A program made the translations under genes and the position numbers. A DNA stretch of 54,215 nt, the filler included, from Sphacelaria rigidula (taxonomy: Eukaryota), in the NCBI GenBank assembly GCA_964200075.2. It is 3 parts of 3 records of this genome, joined end to end, with 100 filler letters (N's around TTAATTAATTAA, not from the genome) between each part and the next. Parts side by side here need not be neighbours in the genome. Positions count along the whole stretch, not along the records: positions 36,212 to 54,215 come from CAXNAA020000942.1; 2 more parts are not named here. The stretch is one strand, 5' to 3'. Shown piece after piece: positions 36,212 to 50,169 of this stretch. Within the stretch, counting starts at the first letter, position 1. Every line of letters starts with the position of its first letter. The notes beneath the pieces were generated by a model. The model did no database searches. It was given only the letters and a program-made list of their open reading frames with translations, and had not been told where the DNA came from.

Positions 36212-37967
36212 GTTGCTTTATTCTTTAGTATCGCCACTTACAGAGACAGCCACGGCTTTTACACTGCCTCATGGGTGCATACCAGTGTTGGGGGCGGTGA
36301 AATGCGTTTTCCGATGTGAGATCCCGCGATCTACGTGGAGATCTAAATTGGGTGTCGCCACGAAAACTAGTCTAAGGAATCTGCTCTCAAATTTCACTGA
36401 GATGATTTCTTTTTTTCGAAAAGTCGGAGGTTTCGTCTGGAAAAAACGTCCCGTTGATAACGCTTCTTTCTAAGATCTAATTTCCGTCGTTGACAACGGG
36501 AAGACGTGAGTAATGGAGAACATCTGACGCGAGTCGACGCGGCGCGGGAGTCCTGATCTGATCCGCGCCACCAAAAATGTCGAGCATGGACATACCGGGG
36601 GAGATTCGGGCTGGTTCCTTGAGACTACGCACTCGTCCCGAGGAAGGGAAAAGCGTGGAAGTAGGACGGGCGGGAAAAAAAAATGCCGAGGAAATAAGAA
36701 ACCTAACGCCAATTTCTATTTTCTCGAAGACTGCGGCGGGTGCCCCGTGGGGACAATGTTTCGCTGGGGATACATCGTCGAGGTCTTCCGATGAACGGGA
36801 TCTTCACAGTACCGTGAGGCCTTGGCTCTATAGACAGTCGAGCTGGGTTTTCATATCGCCCCGGGGTGATGTACATACTCCGGATAATAACCTGCGGTAC
36901 GCGATACCCGTCGAGGGGTGCCGAGTCGGCCTGCTATACGGGCGGAGCCGCAGCTTAACCCGACGTTGGTTGAACTGTTCCAAAACCACCACCCTATTAC
37001 CTTCCGAGTATTTTGCAACGGAATCTTGGTACACGTTCTCATCATGCGAATACCCATGCGATAACCGTGGGCTTGTTGCCTGTCAAACGGAGTGCTTTGT
37101 TCGTTGTTGTTTTTTTTCGCGTCCATTCATTCTTTTTTCGTCACCCGTGCATGGCCAACTTCGAGATGTCTCCTTGTCTGCAAGCAGCCCCATACTGTGG
37201 GAAACCAGTGGCATCGTCGGTGACATAGCACCACCTCTACTACCAGCAACACTAGACAAAACCGTGGAAACCGTCGCCAATTTCATAGTGATCCCGGTGC
37301 CTTTGCTGCACTCAATATTTCATAGGATGTATAGCCAATATTGTATCCATCTCCTGTACCGCACATTTACTGCATCACTGACCTGTTCTCCCTTTCCCCC
37401 CGCAGCTTAGTACATTGAGAGAGAAGTAAAGCGAAGCAGAGTTTGAATAACAGTCTCAGCCGCCTCTCCCGTAATTTGGCATACTCATTCTCGTACTTTT
37501 ACTGCATCCAGTCTTTTAGCCAGTCGTCGATCTATTCCATGTGAGCGTGATGCCGCACACTCTACAGTGTTGCTGACATGTACACATTTTTTCGCCGTGT
37601 TTGCACCCGCTTTGGGGGTATAATTCATGGGTTTATCTATTCTCGATTTTTTCGGGGAGGATAACGAAAAAAATCCGAATAATGTGAGAGCAGACTCCTT
37701 AACCAGGTGAGGCAGCAGACCAGTTCAAGACTGGCTGCAGATTTATCCGAAAGGTTAGCGTCGAAGTTTTTGTCAGCCATTTGCTTCCTCCGAGAAGTCG
37801 TGAAAACAAAGGTTTTGGGGAGAAAGTAGAAAAAAACCCTTGACAGTAAGAACCCTGACCCGGTACATCGCGACTGCTATATTTCGTTCCGCGAACTGGC
37901 CGTTCATTGCCCCCCCCCCCAACCCCCCGCCCCCTCCTTTTTTTCTTGGTCGCTGTTGAACCAACCC

Positions 37968-38261
37968 ATGCTTTCAGTGCCAGTTGTGGAACGGCGTTAT
38001 CAACATCCAAATCGTTACCATGGTCGGTACCATCATCAGAGAGGAAGTGATAGATCTGCCGATGTTAACGGGATCGGCGCAACCGGAAGAGTTGCGCTGC
38101 TGGCGACAGCAGCTGCTACGGTGGCGGCGGCTGATCGGGGTTGGCTGGGGGGGAGCGGGGTACGAGAAAGGGGTGGTATGGCGAGGTGTGAAAGAGAAAG
38201 GGCGGTGATGGCTGAACACGAGCAGGTGCAGTATGGGTATCCGTTTGCCGCGCCTCCGCAG
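37968..38261 (+). CDS. Putative N-terminal exon of the kinase
   Basis: ORF ...RVALLATAAATVAAAD...MARCERE...FAAPPQ|gtcatc is phase 0 and joins exon B in frame; the start is uncertain (ATG 37968 or acceptor tttcag at 37977). Confidence 0.5.
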
Positions 38262-38597
38262 GTCATCACGTACTTGTAGCTGGCCGCGAGGCAATGTTTT
38301 TATACGTATGAATTTGATGCTTCGAATATTGCTCGCGAATGTGTTACAGGGTAGGGTAGTACCGCGTCCCAGGTTCGCAGAGGTTTCCAGGTTATTTTCC
38401 AGCACCCGGTACCCCCCGTTCGGTTGGAATGAGTTGAGCTGAGTACCCGGGGTATCTCTCGCCCGCCGAAGATACGTCGTAGTCCAGAGACCCCGTCGTA
38501 TTGCCATCCTACACTATTATAGGGCCTGTCTTCAACGGGATGCGCAAGATTGTTTGAAACGAAATCATCTGGCGACTTTCGACCTGTGATAAATGGA

Positions 38598-38790
38598 TGT
38601 TGTTGTTGTTGTCTTCACATTAAAAAACCGTTCCGATATCTGCGCGGTACATCCGTACTGGGCATCTGATCCGGACGCCTTCCGTGGTCTCAGGCTAGTA
38701 AAAAAACAAGAAAAACAAAATAGACCCAGATTAAAACTCATAAAACGCGATACAAGCTAAATAGGAATGAATAATTAAGAAGAAAGAGGG
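38598..38790 (-). mobile_element. LINE/SINE 3' end with a (CAA)n tail; second copy at about 46587-46900
   Basis: (ttg)n-tcttcacatta...ccgt.ccga.atctgcgc...ggacgccttccgtggtc is shared. Confidence 0.7.
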
Positions 38791-39685
38791 TACATATGGC
38801 TAATCTCAGAAGATCCGGTGCCGCAGGTGGCCATTCGGACTTCAGGGGGTGGCACTTGGTTTTTCAACTCGACGCGCGACAAGTAGAAATGAACACAGGG
38901 TCCGACTACGATGCTGCGGTGAATCAAATGACAATCCGTAGCAGCGACCAATCACAGGGATTCTGTCGCCGAATGATTTTTGTTTTTCCAAAATGGTTCA
39001 TCGGGTCCCGTTAAGATAGGACCTTACCCTTGTCTGGATCGAACCCTGCCGTAAGCGGCTTCGGAACACTAACCGCGGGTTCTAGAGAGGAAGGATATCG
39101 CGGGCACTAGCCGATTTACTTACGAGTTGCAAATTTTGTTTTGCTCTGTGTATATTTTTCTAAGACTTCGTCGCTTCATGTGCGAGAAAAGATTTCACCA
39201 TCACATGACCATCTTTGAACAGCAGGAAGGCAGACGTGGAACATCTTCTTCACGTGACCGTGATCTCTCCCAACCGGTGTGCGGAAATATGGCACCCGCG
39301 AAGCAGACACGTGTGCTGTCACGCCTGTCATGAGGATGAGCTTTCTTGTCGTCTTTGGTTCAATGCCTCTCGTCCGCTTGGTTCTGGTTTTCGTTTTCAT
39401 TTTCATTTTCATTCTGATTTTGATCTTGATTTTAATAAGCAAACGTGTTTATCCTACCGCATTGTACCAATGATTTCCTTGAAAAGAGGGGGGAAAACTT
39501 CATAAGCCGTGTGCTCTGTTACTGCTGCTGCTGCTTTCCTGCAACGATCACCTTCTCGCTTGCCGGGTACAACCAAAACCTGTTGATGAATGTCCCCCCC
39601 TCCCCCCCCCCTCCCTCCGTCGCCCCCCTCCTCCGAATCAACCATGCCTTGAAAAATCCACCGAACAAAACAAACCCCGGAGCAG

Positions 39686-39988
39686 TCCGCTCTAACAGAC
39701 CACTACATCCTGGGAGATATGCTGGGCGAAGGGGGCTACGGGACAGTGCACATGGCCACTCGAAAAAACACATCTCCTGCTCGTACGACTAACAACATTT
39801 GTGGCATCGACAACAGTAAATATGATGAACCAAACGAAGACGTTGCAGCGTCGATGTGGAGAGATGCAACAACAAGTGCTCACGGGGGAAGTGCGGACGA
39901 CGCGGCGCCCGCGACGGAGAAAAGGGGAGAGAAGCTGCAAGCCGGATCGTCTGGTCTGGCCCCCGGGACGTGTGTAGCGATAAAAAAG
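39686..39988 (+). CDS. CAMK-like Ser/Thr kinase exon (subdomains I-II)
   Basis: HYILGDMLGEGGYGTVHMA...CVAIKK|gtcagt. Confidence 0.88.
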
Positions 39989-40799
39989 GTCAGTAAAGTG
40001 ATGGATATGTGCGTGCATATATATATATATATATATATATGTTCGTTGTTTGCTCATCTTTCTTGTTACTTTCGTTCAAACGTGAGGAAATACGACCGCA
40101 CATGCACTGGATGCGTTGGAATCCACTGCAATACAATGATTCTGTAATACACCACCGCGCCGATTTAGTGTCATGTTTGTTACCACCCCCGTGCGTCGGA
40201 GGAAATTCCACCATACACGCACTGTGTGCGTCATAATCCATTGCTCTACGATGATTCTTCAATACAGTGCTGCGCCCGATTTAGTGGCATGTTCGTTATC
40301 ACCCCCCCCCCCCCCCAGAAAAAACAAGATCAGACACGATGGAATCAGCGGACTCGATGAGGCATGAAATCACAAAAACCCGCCAGACATGACTACAAAC
40401 CACCTCCACAGGTACCCTCTCCAAGAAGTTTGCCTGAATTTTGCTAACGACAGTGCACACAAGTGGCGACGGATATATTTCCCAGAAGCAGGTACGTCAA
40501 GTACCCTTTTTTTTGTAGAAACACAATAGTCTTTTTCCATTTTAACTACCTAACGAGTACCGACATTACGAACACGAAGAGGGCTTGCCAGTGGCCATCG
40601 TTCAAGGCTCAAAGCCTGAGCGCCTAGCCGTGTACTCTAGTTGTGACATTTTATCCTCACCGTTCACCGTTTATTTTCACCCTGGCATCGTCATTTGCGA
40701 CGACGTAATATCACGCCTAAAACTTGGTGTGCTGGTGGATTCGAGCTGGGCCGGCCTACAAGCTGAATGAACCTTCCGCCGAACATATCCTGGCATATC

Positions 40800-41380
40800 G
40801 ATTATCGATTGGTTGATGGGTGGATGGATGATTGAATGTCGCACAGTAAGTGACCACCTAGGAATCCGCTGAGAAATCCAGCCGTGTGGTCTCATGATGG
40901 AACAGGTACTCGACATGAAAAAAAAAAACAGTAACACTTGGTGAAGGAATGACGGGAAGGAGAAGGGAAAACGAAAATGGAGAAGGAGAGGGAGAGAAAG
41001 GCAGAATGAATAGGGTACAGCGGGCAAAACGAAAAAAAAAACACACACACCAAAAACAAGCATTTGCAAAAAAAAAAAACACAGTAAATAAGAGAGAATC
41101 AATTTGTTTAGCCAACCGAAGTCGCTACGATAGCTGTTTTCCACGGGCAGTCTGGTGTGTCTGGAGGCTCATCTGTACCTAGATTTGATTTTGCTTTGAT
41201 TTGACTGCCGCACCTTCAACTGACCCCCCAGGGATCCAGCCGCGGTCGCATGATAGGCGTACCCAAGACACAACAGAACTGAAACACTCGCTGAAGAAAA
41301 AGAGGGAACAGAAGGAAGAAACACTCCGTAGATCGAAGGGTATATAGTATTCTCTTCTTTTCGCGCATCTACGCAATGTA
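40800..41380 (-). mobile_element. Two LINE 3'-UTR fragments with AATC-type tails (family of 14772-15520); another at about 47750-48003 (+)
   Basis: gaccgcggctgg...tca.tt...tgcg.ca.tcaa motif plus tail. Confidence 0.7.
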
Positions 41381-41894
41381 GCGATACATCCAGTCGGTCA
41401 AGTCTTCACCCCGCGAACAGTTTAAATTACGCCATCACGTGGTGATCAGCGGTATTCAGTAGGTATCACGTCAACTTGTGGTTGAGGCTGCCATCTAGCC
41501 TCACGAGGTGCATGGCTCGTTGAGGCCAGAAAATCATACGGGGGCGCGAGAAAAATGCGCCCATGTCACCAAACATTCCAAACCGAGTTCACATTTTCAC
41601 GAAAAAAAAAACTTTCATGCACATACCGGCTCTGAGCACCTAACGATCTTGGCGTCCCGGCCGCTCCGAGAGGTCCAGAGGACGATCCCGTAAAATTAAG
41701 TTTCCACGAACGAGCCCACACGGCGTGCGACGTGACGACATGCCACAGAGGATACATCAATAGCACAAGCCATTGCGTGATGTCAACCATGTCCGAAATT
41801 TCCTTCCGTGCCAACGAGCCGCGAATGGCGTGAGTCGTCGACGGAGGAATATTAGCCAATAAAATATCTTAACCGTTCGTCCGACCAGTGTCAC

Positions 41895-41922
41895 AATCAT
41901 CATCATCATCGTCATCGTCATC

Positions 41923-41958
<36 letters not shown>

Positions 41959-42051
41959 GTAAATAATAATAGTAAATGATAATAGTAAATAATAATAGTA
42001 AATAATAATAGTAAATAATAAATAATAAATAATAAATAATAATAACAACAA

Positions 42052-42142
<91 letters not shown>

Positions 42143-42185
42143 CATAAAAATAGTAACAATAATAATAGTAGCAGTAACAATGATA
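41895..42185. repeat. Compound microsatellite (CAT)n(AAT)n(AAC)n
   Basis: Directly visible. Confidence 0.97.
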
Positions 42186-42281
42186 AATATATTAATATAG
42201 TGATGTACAGTGGTCGTCTTCAGCTCCGGTGATACCTGTCTTGAAAAAATAAAAATAAAAAACGTGTTCAACGCAAAACAG

Positions 42282-42375
42282 GTGTGCAAAGAGACGATGG
42301 ACCAAGAAGAGTTCATGCAGGAGTTTTTGGCGCTGAAGACTATCCACGACTCCGGAGGACATCCGAACATCGCAG
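42282..42375 (+). CDS. Kinase exon (subdomains III-IV), GC donor
   Basis: aaacag|VCKETMDQEEFMQEFLALKTIHDSGGHPNIA(G)|gcaagc. Confidence 0.85.
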
Positions 42376-42559
42376 GCAAGCACCCCCCCCAAAAAAAGAG
42401 AAAAAATGGACACTGGCGACAAGCTGCTTTTGGCGCGTCGGCAGTGCCGGCGATCTTAGCTCGTCGCGAACCCTCATCGCAATGTAAATAGGGGTGATGA
42501 ACTAGACAAGGTACACATCTATTCATCGAATATATGACCCCCCAAAGGTGCACCATCTA

Positions 42560-42955
42560 CAGTAGTGGGCGGTCTAACTATTCAGCGGCGTTTTGGGGTT
42601 TTCCTCGCGTACTACTCTTCGATAGAACTCGAAATTGATAGCGTTGGTAGATTTTGGTACAATAAACAGATCACCCTCGAAACACAGTGCCCAAGTCAGT
42701 GCTAGTGGTGTTATCGGGCGAAACCAGTAAATACCCCGTTCATCAGGAGGGTGTTATTGACCGTGAAACACAGTTTTCCGGCTCTAGTGCAATGGGTAGG
42801 CAGAATTTCATCAGTATAAAACTGTGAAGCGGATACACATATCTTCTGATCCCCAATATAGTAAGCGGTGGCAAGCGAAAAGAGCCCAAGAAAATCGCCA
42901 ATTACGAAGAAATCACAAAATGCCTCAAAAAGATTAGTTAGACCGCCCACTACTG
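42560..42955. mobile_element. Tc1/mariner-type MITE, internally deleted copy of 30738-31274
   Basis: Same TIRs and TA TSD. Confidence 0.9.
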
Positions 42956-43364
42956 TAGCGGGAATCGATACTACACTCTTTCCAACCTAATGGCCTCAGC
43001 TGTATCACTCGATGGACCTTCGAGGCGCGGCGGCATGACTCGAAATCTACGCGAGAAACGGATCTCCGGACGAAAACGCGGCACTATCGTGTGCTCTGGT
43101 CTCCCGTCGAACTAAAGTGAGTGACGATCAAACCCCGTCACGTGGAAACCTTGGTGAAGACGGCGACCTCGTGCTTCATCTCCGTACTGTGTGTTGCTCC
43201 TCGACCATCTCATCTATCTACCTCGCGCAGCGTAATCACTTTGTTCACACACTCACAAATGATGTAAAGGAGTGATATTAATCATTTGTTACCGCAGTAA
43301 GTATCACTCCTTGACCATGCAAGTGATGCCGCACGAGCCCCCCCCCCCCACACACACACACACA

Positions 43365-43595
43365 GAAGCGAGAAAACTATGGTTATACTAGGAGATAGAT
43401 GGCCACAGACAGCGAAACAGGACGGGGATAAGATATGTAGAAGGTTTTTGTGTGATGTATGGAAAAAACGTAATGAGCGCCGCAATGTTGAAGGTGGCTC
43501 TATTAGGGAACGGTGCTCCGTTTCGAAAGGGATGCGTGGTCAATGGTTGAACAACTTTTCAAAGGTAAGCAAGGAATGAGTACGCCCCCCCTTCC
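43365..43595 (+). mobile_element. LINE 3' fragment
   Basis: ctaggagatagatggccacagac.gcgaaacaggacggggataag matches 35240-35445 and 53145-53365. Confidence 0.8.
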
Positions 43596-45371
43596 CCACA
43601 AAAAAAGAGCAAAAAAAGAGCGGGGGGGGGAGGGGGGGGGCAGCAGGCGAAAAATTGTCACAAGAAAATAGTCATGCAGCGCATCGGGATGGCGGTTAAT
43701 TCCAGAAAGTAGGGTTTGGAACTAATCATGCACAGTGCAGATACCGCTGGTTTCAGACACCAGATCTTGAACTTTGTTTGAAGAATATAGATACAGCCGT
43801 CTTCAAACACTAGTTCTTGAGCATTTATTTTGAAGAATGCAGAATTAGCTGGTTGTAGAAGCCAGGCCTTAACACCCCGTATGTAGATTCTGCCTCTGTC
43901 CCCGTTACACGTTTTTGGGGGAGGGTGTACTCATGATCATGCATGCCATAGTCATGAGACCATTGACCTTGCTGAAAAAAAGTGAAGGACACAAAAAGGT
44001 GCAGCGGACATAATATAGACTAATAAATTAAAGTAAGAGGAATATATGTATTATGTAAAATATCTGTATATATCAGGGCTTAATGGTTACGGTGCGTGGT
44101 CTTGCCCGCCCTGTTATAAGTCGCAGAATTTCAAGCGCCGTGGGTTTCATGAGACGGGGTCATTTTCAATATTTGAAGGACACAAGATATCTCTGTAACT
44201 TGCAGTCGGGACAAGGTCCGTAAGTGCAAAACAGCACGCATATCTATATGAATACATGCCATACAGGCTGGTTCAGGGTGAACACCCCAAGTACACTCAT
44301 CCGCAAAACCTCACGCCGATTTTTTGTAGTTGGACTCTTGAAAGTTGCACACGTGTACTTTCGGTCATTACGAAACTTGCTGAGGACATTATTGTTTGTT
44401 TTTACGCCGATTGTGAGGGGTCGCAGGGATCTGGGGGATTTCGGGGGATCACATGCCGTTCTGGGACCCCCGATAACCGGCGGGATACAATGAAGGCCCG
44501 TCCTGGAATAGCTTCGTAATGACCTGAAGGTACATGCGTGAAATTTTTCAGAGTCCAAAGACCGGTGTAGGGGTTTGCGGATGAGTGCGTAATGTGTCGG
44601 TACAACCTCCTAGTTAGTTGATTTTCGTATAGAGCACACCGCATGCGACGTTAATACGACGTCCTTGAATTACTTTATCGAACTTCGCAACGAAACCTCG
44701 TACAAATGTTCCTTCGACTACCCCGGGAAGAATACACTTTTTTTTTTTTTGCTCTGAGGCATTCTGTACCGGCTTCCGGGGGTCTCCGCGCCTCGACGCC
44801 CAGAAGCAGGCGAAGAGCGACGGCACTTTGTTTTGAAATATTTTTCAACCACAATTTGTTTCCATTCGCGTTACCGATACCTACCGAATTGACAAGTTTG
44901 AGGAAACCGTCCGGAGGCTTTCTGGGTCTTTGGTGCATAGAGTATCACTGGTGATACCGCATGCACGAAAGATGCTAGAACCCCACATCATCGAAATACT
45001 GCTACGGTTTTGGGTATAATTTGATCTTGTAGCAATCGGTTTCAATTCTGTTTCTTATGTTAGATTCCCGAGCTGATGGCGGTTACTACGATTTGAAGCA
45101 TGTTGAGAGTGGGTGAAAATTGGGTAAAAAACTTGTATATTGAAGTGCAGAACAAGTTGAAGGGCGCTGATTGGTCGAGGTACATTTTCGCCGTTAACGG
45201 CCACCCTTACGGCCTTCACCAAAAATCCGGCTGCATCACCTGAAGTCTATAGCGGTTAGTATAGTACCGTGTATGCGACTGTTGGATAGATACTGCAAAA
45301 AGGCATTCGCTGATGAAAAAATATTTTAGATGTTGGGTATTCAACGTGAACCAGCCTACGTGATATATTTG

Positions 45372-45629
45372 CAAGGGTCGGACGAATCAATGATTCGTCT
45401 GGAAAATACTTTGTTTTAGTGTAATTGATTCGAATCGTACGAATCAACCCCTAGGCTTTGTTTTCAGCGTTGCAACCTAGGCGGACGCAGCCCAGACACG
45501 TGGGATGGCACAAACGTTGCGTGGGTACCCTTTGGACCAGCGGCCAACTTTTTTCTCCCTTTTCGGCAATGAGGCCGAAGAAATCGTGGATTCGGTGATT
45601 CGAACCCGATATGATTCGTCCTAACCGTG
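45372..45629. mobile_element. hAT-like MITE with an 8-bp TSD
   Basis: caagggtcggacgaatca...tgattcgtcctaaccgtg; TSD tatatttg / tacatttg. Confidence 0.8.
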
Positions 45630-46169
45630 TACATTTGTTGATATGAGTGAACAAGTACGACTACTGTTGAGCTGCATTTCGTCTCGCTGATGTTTGCACT
45701 GTTAATAATATATAACGTGGTGCAGTACCACAGGCAGATAGACAGCGATTTTTCAACAACACGTCACCACTGGATCACCCATTTACCTTTCGGACTCGAA
45801 GAAAAAAGACTCGAGTTTGCGTACACACCTCTTGCATGAGTCGTTGCGTTGGCTTTCCGGTGCTTGCTTGCCTTCTGTATTTGTTTGAATTCGTTTCATT
45901 TTGATCGATTTGTCAAGATACTATTATAAAACCACGTCTTGTGGGGATTGGAGTTGCTGCGCTTGGAGTTCTGGGACTCTTCATGGCGTGTTTGGTCCCC
46001 CGAACAGGAGCTATCTCCACCACTTGGACACCATGCATCACGCCGCTGAGAAGAGCCCGTCTCATTCTACGATTTTTGCTAGGCTCCCGGGTTCAGCAGA
46101 CGGTCATTTGCCAGAATCCAACTCTAGATGAAAATATCGGGGCGTCTGTGGAGATAGTGACGAATTCTA

Positions 46170-46523
46170 CAAGGTTGTACTCGGGGCACGGATATGTTCG
46201 GTAGGGTATGAGAGTTCTTACAGAACTTACAGAACTGTCGGGTACCGGGAAGAATGTCTTCCAGAAGTTATATTCGGTGTAGAGGTTGTGCAGGAACCCT
46301 TACCGGCAACCGGGTATTTCTGCGAGGGTGTACCCAGACCCCCGGCAAGGGTAATGTTTTACAGTTTCGCAGAACTATCGGGTACGAGTGTGAGTATCTC
46401 ACAGAAGTAATAGAACTGCCGAGTACCGGTATGACTAGGCCTCACAGAGCTGTCGGGTACGGGTAAATTCTGGGTAGATGCCCCGTGTATACAAAAAATC
46501 GTACCCTACGGAAGACGACCTTG
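46170..46523. mobile_element. MITE of the 25158-26804 family
   Basis: caaggttg...gtaccctacggaagacgaccttg with cagaactgtcgggta subrepeats. Confidence 0.8.
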
Positions 46524-46585
46524 AGCATTCCTACATTGTCTTCACTCTTCTGAAGGTACGTTTCTGGTGAAGAAACAACGCTTAT

Positions 46586-46633
<48 letters not shown>

Positions 46634-47066
46634 GCTGTCTTCACATTAGAAGCCGTGCCGACATCTGCGCAGTACTCAGTACTAGGCATCTCATGCGGAC
46701 GCCTTCCGTGGTCACTGGCTAACTACCCTAAGCTAGGGATGAAAGAAGTAATGAAATAAAGTCTCACCCAGAAACAATTCACACAGACGCGATACAAAAT
46801 AAATGAAGAACAAATCAAGTAAAAACACTGAAAAAGAAGAACAAGAAGAAGGGAAAAGGATTACTGCTAGCCCTCTAAGTTCCGAGGTCGTATGCGACAA
46901 TTCGGGCTACTGGACGCGGGGCCCATTGGTCCATTCAACACGCAAGGTCAAACAGGAAGGAAGCCAACTCGAGAGCCACGATCACCAGTCAAACCGATAA
47001 ATAGTCACAGGGTTCTATCCTTGTACCTCCAGGGGGACAGCTATGCGTATGAATATCGCAGGCATA

Positions 47067-47426
47067 TTTCCTTTATCCCATAAGTAAAGGTACCTAAATT
47101 GGTACGGGCCCTTAACGATGTCCGATCGTTTTTTTACAATCGCGTGGGACTTGTTCCTGACAGCAAGCCCCAGTGAAGGCGGGGGCGATTGAAAAAAAAA
47201 AACGACACTTTTTTTCCCCTGGGAAAGGGGCAATAAACGGCCGTTTTTGGGCCGGCTACTTTTGTTGCCGCCGTTCGGCGGCATGGATCAAGCACGAGCT
47301 GCAACTTTTAAACACATTTTCTTAACCCAAAAAACATCGTAGAGTTTATTATAAAAAAAGGAGACGATCGGACATCGTCAAGGGCCCGCACCAATTTAGG
47401 TACCTTTACTTTTGGGACAGAGGAAG
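47067..47426. mobile_element. Stowaway-like (Tc1/mariner) MITE
   Basis: About 65-bp TIRs ending gggacagaggaag|TA. Confidence 0.8.
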
Positions 47427-48233
47427 TAGTAGACACGAAGGAAGGCTGTTGCCACGCGTAGACCTTAGATCATTGTCCTTCGTGCGTAAACGAGGACCAC
47501 CAGCAAGCTGGCCATCTCACTACAACATAATCCTTACCGTATGGTAGGGTCGCGCTACCAGCGTCATTGTGCATACATGCAGATAGATGTAACACGCAAA
47601 GCAGCAGCATAATGGTGCATGAAGAAAGCAACAAACTTGCAATCGCCTCTCCTTCCCCATCCTCTTGTTTTCGTGCGCGGGTAGAAAGTGAGTGCATGTG
47701 CTTTTTGCGCGACACATCTTTTCCATCTTGAGCTATGTTGCAGAGGCCAGCCATGTCTATTTTTTTATGTTTTACTTGGTTTGGTTTGGTTTGGGTTGGG
47801 TTTGGTTTTGATTCGCCTTTTCTTCGTTTTTCAGTCTACACGTTTCGTCTGTTCTATCTTCCTGCTTTCATTTTTTTTGCCGTTCCCGTTTTTGTTTATC
47901 TTTGGTACGTCTATCTTGTGGATAATGACCGCGGCTGGGTTCCTCAGGAATCACTTAATGTGCGACAATCAATCAATCAACCGATCAATCAACCAATCAA
48001 ATCACCCCGTCGTATGCCGAACGGCTGCTGCACGTCCATTCCATTGTTTCAAGTTCCGTGGTTCAAATCGTGATGACCGGCTGCCCAATGATCAATCTAG
48101 CGTCTACCTACTTACTACCCTTGCAAAGACGATTCTCGAAAATTCGTGGAGCCCCATAAATATTCATTACGTACAGTAGTACAACATCAAGTATGGTGGA
48201 TGATGACCAACTACCATACGATGCGCATCACAG

Positions 48234-48469
48234 GTATGGAAGAAATGTTCGAGGACTCGAAACATTTTTACCTAGTGCTGGAGCTGGTATCCGGCGGCGA
48301 GTTGTTCGAGCACCTTATAAGAAGTGGTCCTTACAGCGAGCAAACAGCGGCCTCTCTCCTACGTGATCTCGCCGGAGCTCTGTCATTTCTCCACGCGAGG
48401 AACATCATACACGCGGACTTGAAGCCGGAGAACCTCATGCTGTCGTCATGGAACGACGCAGACGCCCGA
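48234..48469 (+). CDS. Kinase exon (subdomains IV-VIb)
   Basis: FYLVLELVSGGELFEHLIRSGPYSE...HADLKPENLML...DAR|gtgagt. Confidence 0.95.
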
Positions 48470-48823
48470 GTGAGTTGTGGTGTATACTGTGTGCCAGAGT
48501 CAAGACACGTGAGGGGTTGCGTACTTGGAGCCCAGAAATTCCACATCGAGGAGCTCCTAACGTGAGGAGCTACGCAAGAATTGGGCCAGGATGGTCTCGT
48601 TTTAGAGTTTATTCGGGACATCCCTAGCCCGTTGGACTGCTAATCGTGGCGTGATCTCGCGTACTTCATAAGTCGTTTTTTGGATGTGATGACGGACTCG
48701 TGATCTTACATATATCGCGAGTCGTTTTTTGGATAAGATGCCGGGTTCCTAACATTTTCAACCTGAGATTGTTTTTGTTCACCCTTACCATGGTACCACT
48801 CACATACATGTATATATGTATGC

Positions 48824-49102
48824 GAGCAATGTTACGGTAGGGGTTGCACTTTTTGTTTCTGAGTCTCTTTTGTGTAGGAGCCCAAATATATGGGGCTTAC
48901 TGTGCAACCCGAATCTCCGGGGACCGGACTCCCAGAAACATGGTGTTTGCACGCAGGGGCCTTTTCGTGAATCGGCATCATTCTCAGTCTTTTCCAAGTA
49001 AGAATGATGCCGATTCACAAAATGATCCGTCCAACACCCCGAGAAGCCCCGAGCAACATTTCCGCTATAAGAGTGCAACCCCTACCGTAGCATCCATTAC
49101 TC
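48824..49102. mobile_element. Sola-like MITE (GAG...CTC, 4-bp TSD)
   Basis: gagcaatgttacggtagggg...cccctaccgtagcat..ctc; flanks atgc / aggc. Confidence 0.65.
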
Positions 49103-49217
49103 AGGCATGTCTGGAAGATATTGATTGAGCGTGTGGGTTGTGTCTGTATTGTTTTGCAATATTATACATCACAGCCCGGACAACATGTGGTGAATAGTTG
49201 CAACAGAGAAAAAAACT

Positions 49218-49474
49218 GAGCAATGCTACGGTAGGGGTGCACTTTTCTCGCGAAATTATTTCTAGTTCAGGGGCTCCTAACGATTCTAGATGCACAAAAA
49301 TATGGATCAGGGCATCCCCGTTTGCAAATCCATTGGGGATATCCCCAGCACATTGACGTAGTAATCCTGGCGTACTTTGACATATTTGAATTGGTCGTGT
49401 TTTGCATGAGATGAAGGGCTCCGAAGAACTCTAACCTCAGCGAATAGTTGCGCACCCCTACCGTAGCATCGCTC
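49218..49474. mobile_element. Sola-like MITE (GAG...CTC, TSD AACT)
   Basis: AACT|gagcaatgctacggtaggggtgc...gcacccctaccgtagcatcgctc|AACT. Confidence 0.75.
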
Positions 49475-50169
49475 AACTGTATTGCGTAAAGTATGGCCTG
49501 TTGCGCCTACCTCAACTGGTAACAGCATATTGCAACGATTGACGACATATTGCAACAGTTGGTCACATATATTGTCCAGGGTGTGGTATTTTTTCGTGTG
49601 TATCTTCTGTGTATGCTCCTACTCTTCTTCGTGAGCACATGGATATGTTAACAACATCGTAGCTTTGTTTGGTGTTCTGTCTGTCTGGTTTTGGTGTGTG
49701 TGTTGCGTATACCTTTTTATGGCTTTGTTTTCGCGGTTTTGTTTCTGAGTTAGTGAAGGTATGTTATTGCATATACAGCTCGTTGCTTTGCGTTTTTTTG
49801 CGTGTGCTTTTTTCATCGTGTCCTTCTCTCTCTTTCTCTCTTTCTCTCTGTCTCTATTTCTCTCTGCCTGTCTGTCTCTGTCTCTGTATTCTCACACTCT
49901 TAGGTTACATTGGCAAAACTGTACTGCGTACAGTATCGAATCTAGTGTCTACATATACTTTGCCATGTATAGACGAGAGATCCGATACAGTATGCAATAC
50001 AATGTTTGCTAATATAATATTTTGCCCAGGGTGTGTGTTTGTCTTTTTTTATGTCGCCCATTTGTTGTGTGTACGTAATATAATCCAACAAAGAGAAATA
50101 ATATATCTGACAACAATCAAACAACGCCCGAGCATCCTGGTCGAATTCCATACGACCCACCTAAACATA

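Noticed and set aside
41869..42556. Poly-Leu/Val/Tyr ORFs
   Set aside because: These are translations of a microsatellite
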